This document shows positions 16,671-25,626 of a DNA stretch of 64,000 bases, one piece after another (the stretch's first letter is position 1; each line of letters opens with the position of its first letter). This DNA is from Candidatus Sumerlaeia bacterium (GTDB lineage: Bacteria; Sumerlaeota; Sumerlaeia; JADFCW01): positions 1,059 to 65,058 of the forward strand of contig JAOAGV010000009.1 in NCBI GenBank assembly GCA_026415575.1, read 5' to 3'. The notes under the pieces were generated by a model. The model was not told the origin of the DNA, ran no database searches, and worked only from the letters and a program-made list of their open reading frames with translations. The translations under genes and the position numbers were made by a program.

Positions 16671-17825
16671 CTATCGCCCCGCTGAAGTCGATGGAGCGGT
16701 GCCGCGGCGCAATCTCTCATAGACCGCTCGTACTTTGGCCGCGCTTTCGCTCCAAGAAAAGCGCCGGGCGTTCTTTCGGCCCCGCTCCGCCAGCCTCGCC
16801 CGAACGGCTGAATCGCAAACGACGGCCTTAATCTGACGCGCCATTTCTTCGACATTCAAGGGATCAAACAACAACGCGCCGTCTCCGGCAATTTCCGCAA
16901 CAGCCGCTGTTTTCGATGCCGCCACGGGCGTACCCACGGCCTGGGCCTCGATAACCGGAAGGCCGAAGCCTTCGAGCAACGCCGGATGAACCAACGCCCG
17001 CGCAGCGCAATAGAGCAGAGGCATCTGCCCGGACGGCAGGCGATCTACGATGCAGACATTCCCGGTCAGACCGCGGCGGCGGAGGGCTTCGAGAAGGGCC
17101 GGACGTTCTTTGGTCTGCGTTCCTGCAACAACCAACGATAGGGACATTTGGCCGCCTTGGCGAAGCGTGCAGAATGCGTCCAACAAACCGTCAATGTTTT
17201 TATGGGGCTTGTAGAGGCCGACCGTCAAGATATAGTCATCGGGCAGCTGGTGGTCGCGGCGGAACCGGGCGAGAGTTTCGGGCGACGGCTCTGTGCAATG
17301 AAAACATTTTGCTGCCGCGTTGTAAATGACGGAAATGCGGTCGGGCGCAACACCCAATTGCTCCGTCAATGCGTCGGCGGTCGCCCGCGATACGGTGAGG
17401 ATGTGCGCCGCGCGCCGGGCGGCCGTCCGCAGCATGCAGTGCGCATACAAACGCGCCAAAGCCGATTTCGTACCCCACTGCGGATGCAGATGAATCAGAT
17501 CGTGGACGGTGACCACCAGCGGGCCGCGATGGCTGAAGGGAACGTTGTAATGGGGAACATGCAGAAGCGCCCGGCCGACCGATCGCGCCGGAAACGACCA
17601 TTGCTCGCCGATGCCGTACGGCCGCGCCCGATAGGGAATAACCGTGTAGGCGTCGGCGTCGGGCAGCCACGCTGCCAGTGTCGCGGGATCGCCGAGAAGG
17701 AGCGGTCGAAAGTCCGGCACGCTCTCCCGCCAGCCTTCCAGCAAACCGCGGATATGCGCTCCAATGCCTGAATGGCCGATCATGCGGGCGTCGAGATAAA
17801 CGGGAGCATCGGCATAGTTGCTCAT
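16671..17825 (-). CDS. Glycosyltransferase family 4 (GT-B fold)
   Basis: Track ORF 16671..17864, with the internal ATG 17825 giving MSNYADAPVYLDARMIGHSGIGAHIRG. The C-terminus is HPALLEGFGLPVIEAQAVGTPVAASKTAAVAEIAG. Confidence 0.8.
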   Translation of the reverse strand: MSNYADAPVYLDARMIGHSGIGAHIRGLLEGWRESVPDFRPLLLGDPATLAAWLPDADAYTVIPYRARPYGIGEQWSFPARSVGRALLHVPHYNVPFSHRGPLVVTVHDLIHLHPQWGTKSALARLYAHCMLRTAARRAAHILTVSRATADALTEQLGVAPDRISVIYNAAAKCFHCTEPSPETLARFRRDHQLPDDYILTVGLYKPHKNIDGLLDAFCTLRQGGQMSLSLVVAGTQTKERPALLEALRRRGLTGNVCIVDRLPSGQMPLLYCAARALVHPALLEGFGLPVIEAQAVGTPVAASKTAAVAEIAGDGALLFDPLNVEEMARQIKAVVCDSAVRARLAERGRKNARRFSWSESAAKVRAVYERLRRGTAPSTSAGR

Positions 17826-18103
17826 GTGGCTCTCGCAGTGTTGCCACGGGCAGCGTTGGCGCAAAGCTGCCCTTCGGGTCCTTTCACCGCTTTCACAGTG
17901 AGACTATTAAAGGGAGGGCGGACAAAAGTAAAGGCTGCTTTTTTCGCGCGACGGGCGCGGACGGCACGGACGAAACAGGCGGAGGCGGGACAACGCGACG
18001 CGCGGCCAGCAGTTTCTCCTTGATCCGGCCGATGCCTGTGGGAAAGATTTTGCCCACGCAACATAGCGCCCAGTGCAAAGTTTAAATATCAGGCAGCAGC
18101 ATA

Positions 18104-19093
18104 ATGGCTGAAATCCGGCTGAAAATTTACCGCTCCCCCAAGGACTATCGCACGGAAACCTTTCGCCAGCCGCGCATCACGATCGGCCGCGACATCAACA
18201 ACGACATCGTGATTGCCGAAAAAGCGGTCTCGCGGTCGCACTGCCGCATCGAGTGCCTCGCTGACGGCTGGCAGCTGACCGACCTCGAAAGCACCAACGG
18301 GACCTATCTCAACGGCATCGCGATTCGCCAAAGCCGGCTCAAGGACGGCGACGTCATCGTAGTCGGTTCCGTTCGGCTGCATGTTTTGGAATGTTTGACG
18401 GCGGATACTGCCGAAGAGCCGTTGACCCTCGGCGGGTTTCGTCTGGTGCAGGCATTCGACGCCCGTGGCATGGTTGGAGCACGTCGAGGCCAGACCGCCA
18501 ACGGGGCGGATACCGCGACGCAGACGGAGCACCGCAGCGATACGCGGCAGTCACCCGTGCCTTATTATCCCACGGTGCTGGCGCCGGTTCTGACGGCCGC
18601 CGAGATTCTGCAGGGCGCGTCCAGTCCATGCACTTTGGCCCGAACCGTCGGGCTGCGTTTGTTTCAAGTGGTCGAGGCGGATGCATGCCATGTTTTTCTG
18701 CGCGAAGCGGAAACGGGCGCGCTGCAGCCGGTCGCCGCCGAGCCGCCGCACGCCGAGCCGGCGCTGGTTCCCGGCGAAGTCCTCGACTATGTGCGGCAAT
18801 CGAACCGGTCGGTGTATGTGGAAGGCGGGCCGGCGGCGGGCGGCGCGAAACCGGCCGGCGCAGTCTGCGCGGTTATGTGCGCGCCAATCCTCGACGGCGA
18901 CCAACTGTTCGGCGCCATCGCATTGGTGCGGCAGCGCACGCCGTGGAATTTCGGCGATCCGGACTTCGAGACGCTTTCGGTCGCGGCTATTTCCGCCGGC
19001 GCCGCCATGAGCTGCGCCCAATCTTACGGCCGCTTGGAGCAGGCCTACCGCGATCTGTTGAAAACGGTTGGGGAAACCCCCGCTTCTGAATAA
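18104..19093 (+). CDS. FHA domain protein with a C-terminal GAF-like domain
   Basis: ITIGRDINNDIVIAEKAVSRSHCRIECLADGWQLTDLESTNGTYLNGIAIRQSRLKDGDVIVVGSVRL is a canonical FHA core. The C-terminal roughly 170 aa (ACHVFLREAETGALQPV...APILDGDQLFGAIALV) looks GAF-like. Confidence 0.75.
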   Translation: MAEIRLKIYRSPKDYRTETFRQPRITIGRDINNDIVIAEKAVSRSHCRIECLADGWQLTDLESTNGTYLNGIAIRQSRLKDGDVIVVGSVRLHVLECLTADTAEEPLTLGGFRLVQAFDARGMVGARRGQTANGADTATQTEHRSDTRQSPVPYYPTVLAPVLTAAEILQGASSPCTLARTVGLRLFQVVEADACHVFLREAETGALQPVAAEPPHAEPALVPGEVLDYVRQSNRSVYVEGGPAAGGAKPAGAVCAVMCAPILDGDQLFGAIALVRQRTPWNFGDPDFETLSVAAISAGAAMSCAQSYGRLEQAYRDLLKTVGETPASE

Positions 19094-19123
19094 CGTTTCT
19101 GCATTCAACCGCTCCGGGGCGAG

Positions 19124-20185
19124 TTACATGCATCGCACCAGCACCTTGCCCGGCTGATGTGCGCGCTCGAGTGCTTTGCCGATTTGCGCAAGAGGAAACT
19201 CGGCGGCAACCAGTCGCTCGAGCGGCGGGCGGTGGCGCTGCCAGAACCGGATGGCCGCAGAAAACGAACCGCACCGCGACCCTTGCAGCCGCACCTCGTT
19301 GACCACCGCGCGGGTGAGATCAAACCGTTCGACGGCCAGACCGGGTGTGCTTTTCAACGCAATGGTCCCGCGCGGACGCACACAGTCGAGCGCCAGCGCC
19401 AAGCCCTCGGGCGAACCCGTGGCCTCGACCACAACATCGGCGCCGAGGCCGGCGGTGGTCTTCTGAACGGTCTTGAGAATCTCCGCCGCCGACGCTTCGA
19501 TCTGCGCACGGACGCCGACACGGCGCGCGAACGCGGTGTCTTCGCGGCGGCGGCCAAACGCCAGAACCTTTCCGCCAAGCACCTGTGCCACAAGGGCCAC
19601 CAGCACGCCCAGTCGTCCGCAGCCGAGGACAACGACAACGGGGGCCGGCCTTTTTGCTGCGGCGGCTGTGCTCAGCGGCGTCATCACAAATGTCTGGAGC
19701 GCAGCGGCCAAAGGCTCGATGAATACGGCAGTCTTCTCGCTCATCGCCGGCGGCAGTGCGCGCAAATTGGCAACCGGCACGACCGCGTATTCTGCAAACG
19801 CTCCGTCATGTGCAACAATGCCGGTTACCGTGCGTTTTAGGCAATGCGTCGGCAATCCCGCCCGGCACGCAGCACACAGCCGCGGGAAACCGAGCGCCCC
19901 GCAATGGTTGTTGATCTCGCCGACAACCCGGCGGCCAGCCCAGCGGCGCTGGCGGGCATTGCCGACGGCCTCGACCGTTCCCACCCATTCATGGCCGAGA
20001 ACCAGCGGCAGCGGGACGGGATAATCCCCGTCGTGCACGGCGAGGTCGGTGCCGCAAACACCGGCCAAATGAATGCGAATAAGGGCATCGTTCGGACCGA
20101 GATGCGGCAGCGGCAATTCCCGCAGTTCGATGTGCCGGGGCGCCGTCAACACCGCCGCACGATACGTTTGGCCGTTGTTACGCAT
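19124..20185 (-). CDS. Zinc-dependent alcohol/polyol dehydrogenase (MDR superfamily)
   Basis: HLAGVCGTDLAVHDGDYPVPLPLVLGHEWVGTVEAVG (catalytic Zn ligands), the structural-zinc Cys cluster NNHCGALGFPRLCAACRAGLPTHC, and the nucleotide fold VVVLGCGRLG. Confidence 0.85.
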   Translation of the reverse strand: MRNNGQTYRAAVLTAPRHIELRELPLPHLGPNDALIRIHLAGVCGTDLAVHDGDYPVPLPLVLGHEWVGTVEAVGNARQRRWAGRRVVGEINNHCGALGFPRLCAACRAGLPTHCLKRTVTGIVAHDGAFAEYAVVPVANLRALPPAMSEKTAVFIEPLAAALQTFVMTPLSTAAAAKRPAPVVVVLGCGRLGVLVALVAQVLGGKVLAFGRRREDTAFARRVGVRAQIEASAAEILKTVQKTTAGLGADVVVEATGSPEGLALALDCVRPRGTIALKSTPGLAVERFDLTRAVVNEVRLQGSRCGSFSAAIRFWQRHRPPLERLVAAEFPLAQIGKALERAHQPGKVLVRCM

Positions 20186-20203
20186 GGCCTCCTACCTCCA
20201 CAG

Positions 20204-20650
20204 TTATGTTGTTGCTGGTTGATCCATCCGGGCCGGATAGCGCGCAATCAGTTGGTCGAGCGGACCGCGCACCTCATCGGGAATGAAATACAGCAGGGCT
20301 TCGCGGCGGTTCATCATGACATGCGCGGTGGAGCCGACGGCGCAGAGTTGCCCCGTCGTCTTTTCGATCAAGCGGTAGTGGAAAGTAATCATGGCCTTTT
20401 CCGTCGGCTCCAGCGAAGCCAGCACGATGACCTCGCTGTCGGCCTTGACCGGCTTCTTGCACGTCAGTCGGATGTCCACAACTGGAACGAGGTAGCCCAT
20501 TTCGAGCAGACGCGCCGGCGTCAGGCCCACCTCGCGGAGCATCTCCACGCGCGCGGCCTCGAACCACGCCAGATAGTGGCCGTGCCAGACAAAGCCGTAT
20601 TCGTCCACCTCGCAAAATCGCACGCGAAGCGTGTAGGCAAATTCCCCCAT
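20204..20650 (-). CDS. Acyl-CoA thioesterase, YbgC/4HBT hot-dog family
   Basis: FAYTLRVRFCEVDEYGFVWHGHYLAWFEAARVEMLREVGL matches the 4HBT class signature. Confidence 0.8.
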   Translation of the reverse strand: MGEFAYTLRVRFCEVDEYGFVWHGHYLAWFEAARVEMLREVGLTPARLLEMGYLVPVVDIRLTCKKPVKADSEVIVLASLEPTEKAMITFHYRLIEKTTGQLCAVGSTAHVMMNRREALLYFIPDEVRGPLDQLIARYPARMDQPATT

Positions 20651-20754
20651 CGCAGACCTCGTTCGATTTACGCTTTACAGCCGCGCGAAATGCCTGCTAT
20701 CCGCTTTCATGACGCTGCGGCACGTACAACCACTCCAAACCATGGGCTTCGAGC

Positions 20755-22698
20755 GTGGGCAATTGCAAACAGAAGTTTCTGCCGGCAACCCTCTTGGCGC
20801 TGTCCTTGGGTGTTCTGTCAGAGCAACCCGTGCAACGGTCTTTCGGCGGGACTGCCGATCTTCCGGATGTTTCGCTGCTCAGCGCCGCGCCCCGACAAGC
20901 CGTGTTGCTTCTCTATACCCCAAATCTCGAACGCCTTGCCGCAGCATGGATGCTCGCTGAACCGTTGCGCCAAACCGATGACTGGCTGGCCCGCTGGATT
21001 GCCTCGCCGCTCGACGCACTGGACAGGCGGTTGCTGTCCTCATGGCGCGACCGCACGGGGCTTGCCCTTTCGGACCTTGCGCGCGCCCTGCCGGGTGAAG
21101 TTGTGATCGGATGGATGCCGGCGGGCGGCGAGAAATCAAGTCCGCCGCACATGGAAAACTGGGTTTTGATGGCGCGCCGCGACAGCAACCGCGACGATGT
21201 ACTGCGCGAACTTTGGCGACATCTCGCAACCCGCGCCGGCGCTGCCGGAAGGGTCGAACGCCGTGCGGTCGGCCCCGCCGCTGTCGAAGAGCTTATCTGG
21301 GCGGAAAGCACCGCTGCGCCGCCCGCCACGCCGCGCCGTCCACGGTCACCCGGCGACCGGCCTGCGTCGCCGGCCCCTGACACTTCGTTGTTTCAGGAGA
21401 TTCAAAAAGTCGAGCGCCGGGCCTTTTCCCTCGGCTTGAGCGAGCGCTATGTATTTTTCGCGCCCACACGCGCCGAAACCCTTTCTCCTTGGGTCCGTGC
21501 TGCGGTCGAAGGGACGGGGGCCGCCGGTCGAACCGAACGCTTGGACCTGCTTCTCCGCGATTGCGGGCGCTCAGGCGAACCACTCTTGATCATCAAGGCA
21601 ACGCCGCCGGCGTGGGTTGCGTCCTCCGAGAGCGAGAAGGAGCGCCGGTTCGGCGCCAACCCAGCGCGCGTGCTTCTCTCCCAAACGCGCTCGCTCCATG
21701 CCGTGCTGACGCGGCAGGGCAACGCCGTGCAGCTGGACGCCGAGGCGACCGTGCTGCCGCCGCCCGGATGGGCCGCACGGCTGTTGGCCACGCTCAAAAC
21801 AGGCGCGGCCGTTTCTGCGGATAACGCTTGCCGAAGCGAATTGGTCTTTCGCGCTGATTTGCCGGAGCTGTGGAAGGCCTTGCGGTCGGTTCTGATGGAA
21901 GGCTGGCCGACCGTTGCCGCGGCGCTTGATCTGTTTTTCGCCCCGCTTGGCGGCGAACGCGGCGAGGGCATCGGCCAACTGGCCTCGACACTGGGCGATA
22001 AAGCCTTACTGTATGGATTCCACCTTGCCGACAGCGCCGGCGCGGGAGGTGGTTGGGCGCTGGCCCTTGCCGTCCGGCAGACGGCGGCGTTTGCGGACAT
22101 CGAGCCGCGTCTGGCCGACTTTATGGCAACGTTTGGACATCCGCCGGTTCGCTATACCGTTTCCGAAAGCGGGAAACTTGTTCCGCGCGCGGAATCACCG
22201 GCTACGACGGCCTCCGCGTACCTGCCCCGCATTCATACGGCGATGTGGGACGGACACTATTTTGTTGCCGGATCGAAGGGCGCGCTCGAACAAGCAATGC
22301 GTGCCGTTGCGGCGCAATCAAAGGCAGTGCCGGTCGGCGCGGCGTCCATTGCGCTCCGTCACGAGGTGGATGAAGCCGGCGAGGGTTTTGGCCCTTTCGG
22401 CGGAAGGGTTCGGCGTACGATCCAAGCGTCCGACGGGACGCTGCTGGAGTTGATTTCGCCGCCCAAAGCCTTTGGCAGTCTTCCCGCCACAGTTGCAGCC
22501 GAGCCCCCACGCCCGTCGCCTGACGAGAAGACCAAGTCCACAGCGCCGCCTTTGGCCTGCCTGAGCGCTTCGCTGACCGTGCAATCGGCCAATATCATTC
22601 GAATCCAGATTCGTTTGGACAGCCATGCGGAGCCGGCACGCGTGGAAAGCAAAGTCCCTCGCGCGACTTCCCTTAAGCAACCCCGCATGGAAGAATAG
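20755..22698 (+). CDS. Hypothetical exported protein, 647 aa
   Basis: GTG start. The hydrophobic N-terminus is KQKFLPATLLALSLGVLSEQ. Amino-acid usage is coding-like over the full length. I recognised no family motif. Confidence 0.6.
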   Translation: MGNCKQKFLPATLLALSLGVLSEQPVQRSFGGTADLPDVSLLSAAPRQAVLLLYTPNLERLAAAWMLAEPLRQTDDWLARWIASPLDALDRRLLSSWRDRTGLALSDLARALPGEVVIGWMPAGGEKSSPPHMENWVLMARRDSNRDDVLRELWRHLATRAGAAGRVERRAVGPAAVEELIWAESTAAPPATPRRPRSPGDRPASPAPDTSLFQEIQKVERRAFSLGLSERYVFFAPTRAETLSPWVRAAVEGTGAAGRTERLDLLLRDCGRSGEPLLIIKATPPAWVASSESEKERRFGANPARVLLSQTRSLHAVLTRQGNAVQLDAEATVLPPPGWAARLLATLKTGAAVSADNACRSELVFRADLPELWKALRSVLMEGWPTVAAALDLFFAPLGGERGEGIGQLASTLGDKALLYGFHLADSAGAGGGWALALAVRQTAAFADIEPRLADFMATFGHPPVRYTVSESGKLVPRAESPATTASAYLPRIHTAMWDGHYFVAGSKGALEQAMRAVAAQSKAVPVGAASIALRHEVDEAGEGFGPFGGRVRRTIQASDGTLLELISPPKAFGSLPATVAAEPPRPSPDEKTKSTAPPLACLSASLTVQSANIIRIQIRLDSHAEPARVESKVPRATSLKQPRMEE

Positions 22699-22738
22699 CT
22701 TACACCACCTTGTCGAAGCCACAGCTCACAATCTCATG

Positions 22739-22768
22739 GTTCATACTTCAGTTTGCCGCTGTGAACTC
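22739..22768. repeat. Single copy of the 26-nt repeat family (reverse orientation) overlapping the heparinase stop codon
   Basis: GTTCATACTTCAGTTTGCCGCTGTGAACTC compared with the reverse complement of array unit 63442-63467 extended by 4 nt into the flanking sequence (63442-63471), GTTCATTCTTCAGTTTGCTGTTCGTAGTTC. Confidence 0.5.
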
Positions 22769-24790
22769 AAATTGATACGTCCCCGCTGCGGCCGGCTTTT
22801 TCAGATCGAACACGATGTGCCAAATCTGGTCGCCCCACCCTTCGCGCAGATTTTCATCCGTCAACGGAACGGCTTCCACCTTTGCCGACAGCATTGCCGC
22901 ATCATACTCCATCACCAGCGGTCTCGGCGTGCAGGCGATTGAAATCCGGCCGGGAGCGTCGAGTTTCGTTGGCCGCGCTGCATAGAAGTTCACCTGCAAT
23001 TGAAGCGGTTCGCCGCCCGATTCGAAGGAATCGCGCACACGCACCCGCGGCCGCGCGCCGCGATGCAGCTCGAATTCCCGCCGCAGCGACCGAAGCCCGC
23101 TTTTCGCCGGATAGGCTTTTTCGAGATTCATCGCGAGATAAGGACCAAACTCTTTTGAAGCAAACTGCACATCGGTCGCCTCATATTCGCGCCCGGCCGC
23201 CTGCTCGATGCCGCCGACCACCGGTGCATTGTGGCCGAGTCCGCGCGTAAAAAGCAGCTCATAGCGCCGGTTGCTGAACGTCTGGCGCGTGTATTCCTCG
23301 CGGCCAATGTCAATGATCGCCGGCTGGCCGTCGAGATACACAATGAAATGTCCTGAGTCGTTGTGGTTGTGGCTTTCGGCATTATGGCCGCCTTTGGCGG
23401 CGAGGAAAAGCCCCTTGTCGGGAGCCGTGGTTTCCCGCGCAAAAAGCATCTGCACGTCCGGCAGCCACACATCCAATTCCTTGACCATCTTCGACGGTTT
23501 GGCGTCGGGCGGAATCCAGAACAGTTCCATCAGCGGCCCAAGGATCGGGCGGATGCGGCCCAGCTGAATGGGCGGATGAACCGGTCCCTCGAGGTTCCAT
23601 TCGCGCATGGACGCCAGCGCGAGGTTTTTCATGGCCTCCGAGCCGATGCGATCGCCAAAGCGATAGACTTTGCCGCGCGACGGCTCGCCCTGCGGGTCGG
23701 CATCCGAGAAATTCACAAACCACGGGCCGTTGATATGCGCATGCGTGATGAAGCGTCCGATTGCGGCGATCTTGGGATCGGCGTAAATGTCTATCGCGCC
23801 GTTGGTGCGCGAATGCAGCAGTTCGAGAAACACCAGCATCGCACCGCCCGCCTCGCCCCAGTAACTGGGGCCTTCATCGCACCCGCCGTCTTCGCCGTAG
23901 TTGTTGATGAAGCGGTCCACAACCTGCATCAGGCGCCAGACCATTGCGGCCAGACGTTGTGGATCATCCTCCAGATACATGGCCGCGCCCATGACGTTTG
24001 AGGCGCACCACGGCGACCAGTTGTTGCCACCGTGAATCCAGCCGGAGCGGCCGAAATTATCGCCGGCGGCGTAAGGATCGAGAATGCGGCGGCGAACCTC
24101 GCGCCGGATCCGTTCGCACAACGTTGGGGACAACGCGTCGAGTTCCTTCTCCAGCAAATAATGCGTTTGCGCCAGCAACATGCCCGTTTCGCACGCAAAC
24201 AAGTCGAGGCTTTCGACATCGAGGCGGTGCAAAACGTCGTCGCCGACATAGCTGCCATGAGCCGGAATACACCAGGTGGATTCCTCGCAAATGGCCCATA
24301 TCCCATTGGCGATTTCATCGAGGAACCGCCCGCGATACTGCATGCACTCGGCCAGAACAAGCGCGCCGAGCTGCGCACGCCGCTGAAAATACGGCGCCTG
24401 ATAATGCGACCGGTTGCCCGTGCGAACATACTCCATATAGAGCGTCGCGGGCAGGGCCGGCCAAGGCTGTTTCAACAGCGCCTCGGCCTGTCCGGTCAGA
24501 TACGCCTTGCGTGCCTGATTGAGCGCATGGGCCTGAAGGGTGTCCCAAGCCGCGCGGTCTTTGGCCGCGGGAAACATTGCCCAATTCTTGCGCGGCGTCA
24601 GGTGCTCGAGCAAAAACTTCTGGTCATACTTGGAGGTCAGCAGGTTTTTGCGGGAACCATCCACGCCCGCCGGCCGCTTTTCCGCACCGGCCCATGCCCC
24701 TGCGGCCATACACAGCGTGGCGACGAGTGCAAGCCTGCGGAGAATGGAGGCGATACGTGTTTCCCCTTTTCTTGAAATCTGACTCTTCAT
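22748..24790 (-). CDS. Heparinase II/III family polysaccharide lyase-like protein
   Basis: Signal-like N-terminus RRLALVATLCMAAGAWA. The C-terminal GGHNAESHNHNDSGHFIVYLDGQPAIIDIGREEYT...GLGHNAPVVGG is typical of the heparinase II/III C-terminal domain. Confidence 0.75.
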   Translation of the reverse strand: MKSQISRKGETRIASILRRLALVATLCMAAGAWAGAEKRPAGVDGSRKNLLTSKYDQKFLLEHLTPRKNWAMFPAAKDRAAWDTLQAHALNQARKAYLTGQAEALLKQPWPALPATLYMEYVRTGNRSHYQAPYFQRRAQLGALVLAECMQYRGRFLDEIANGIWAICEESTWCIPAHGSYVGDDVLHRLDVESLDLFACETGMLLAQTHYLLEKELDALSPTLCERIRREVRRRILDPYAAGDNFGRSGWIHGGNNWSPWCASNVMGAAMYLEDDPQRLAAMVWRLMQVVDRFINNYGEDGGCDEGPSYWGEAGGAMLVFLELLHSRTNGAIDIYADPKIAAIGRFITHAHINGPWFVNFSDADPQGEPSRGKVYRFGDRIGSEAMKNLALASMREWNLEGPVHPPIQLGRIRPILGPLMELFWIPPDAKPSKMVKELDVWLPDVQMLFARETTAPDKGLFLAAKGGHNAESHNHNDSGHFIVYLDGQPAIIDIGREEYTRQTFSNRRYELLFTRGLGHNAPVVGGIEQAAGREYEATDVQFASKEFGPYLAMNLEKAYPAKSGLRSLRREFELHRGARPRVRVRDSFESGGEPLQLQVNFYAARPTKLDAPGRISIACTPRPLVMEYDAAMLSAKVEAVPLTDENLREGWGDQIWHIVFDLKKPAAAGTYQFEFTAAN

Positions 24791-24993
24791 GGCGTTTCCT
24801 TTCTGCCTTTTCCTCGCCTGTCAGCAGATTCAAACCACCGACCGATTGCATTGCACCAACGAAGCAAGGGCGTAAAGCCCTTTTTGCAGAATCCGCGCCG
24901 GAACTGAATGCAAAAATTTCTTGCGTGCTGAAGGGGGATATGCTTACCTTTTCCAAAAGGAGTAAGGAAGTCCCTTCGGAAAGGAGGAGCGCT

Positions 24994-25608
24994 ATGGAAG
25001 CTCGAACGCCTGAAAAGAAATCCGGTTTTACGCTCATCGAGTTGCTCATTGTCGTGGCCATTATTGCCATTTTGGCCGCCATTGCGATCCCGAATTTCTT
25101 GGAAGCGCAGACGCGCTCAAAGGTATCGCGCGCCAAGAACGACATGAGGTCGTTGCGCACCGCTATCGAGGCCTACCGCCTCGACAATGATTCGTACCCA
25201 CGGGACATCCTTGGTGTGGGTACTTGGACCACCTGGTATCAATTAACAAGTCCCGTTGCGTATATGACCTCTGTGCCGCATTCGCCGTTCAAGTATAAGG
25301 AGTATGTCAGCGCCGGCTACAATGATCCCGGAATGCCGCCCTATGACTACGCCCAGTACGACCACATTATGACCTATCGCGGCGAGACCACCATGCGGCC
25401 CGTTGCTCTGGCCTGTCAGGCAGTAAGTATTCTGTATGTGGTTACCTGTGCAGGACCGGATGAGGACAATGATGCGCCTTGGTCCTACATTGACGGTCTG
25501 GGAGGCAGCCAAAACGCCCCGACGGCCTTCAATGCGCTTTACGATCCGACCAACGGAACGGTCTCCAACGGCGATATCATGATGACAAGCCGCGGCTTCC
25601 AGAACTAA
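24994..25608 (+). CDS. Prepilin-type N-terminal cleavage/methylation domain protein (GspG-like pseudopilin)
   Basis: AAGGAGG lies upstream of ATG 24994. KKSGFTLIELLIVVAIIAILAAIAIPNFLEAQTRSKVSRAKNDMRSL is a class III signal. The C-terminus is YDPTNGTVSNGDIMM. The track ORF start at 24577 is an artefactual extension that overlaps the heparinase start. Confidence 0.85.
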   Translation: MEARTPEKKSGFTLIELLIVVAIIAILAAIAIPNFLEAQTRSKVSRAKNDMRSLRTAIEAYRLDNDSYPRDILGVGTWTTWYQLTSPVAYMTSVPHSPFKYKEYVSAGYNDPGMPPYDYAQYDHIMTYRGETTMRPVALACQAVSILYVVTCAGPDEDNDAPWSYIDGLGGSQNAPTAFNALYDPTNGTVSNGDIMMTSRGFQN

Positions 25609-25626
25609 GGCGGAGATGGCGCCGGT

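Noticed and set aside
24577-24993. N-terminal 139-codon extension of the pseudopilin ORF
   Set aside because: It overlaps the heparinase start region and has no coding-like composition. A strong AAGGAGG-ATG lies at 24994, directly before the class III signal peptide.
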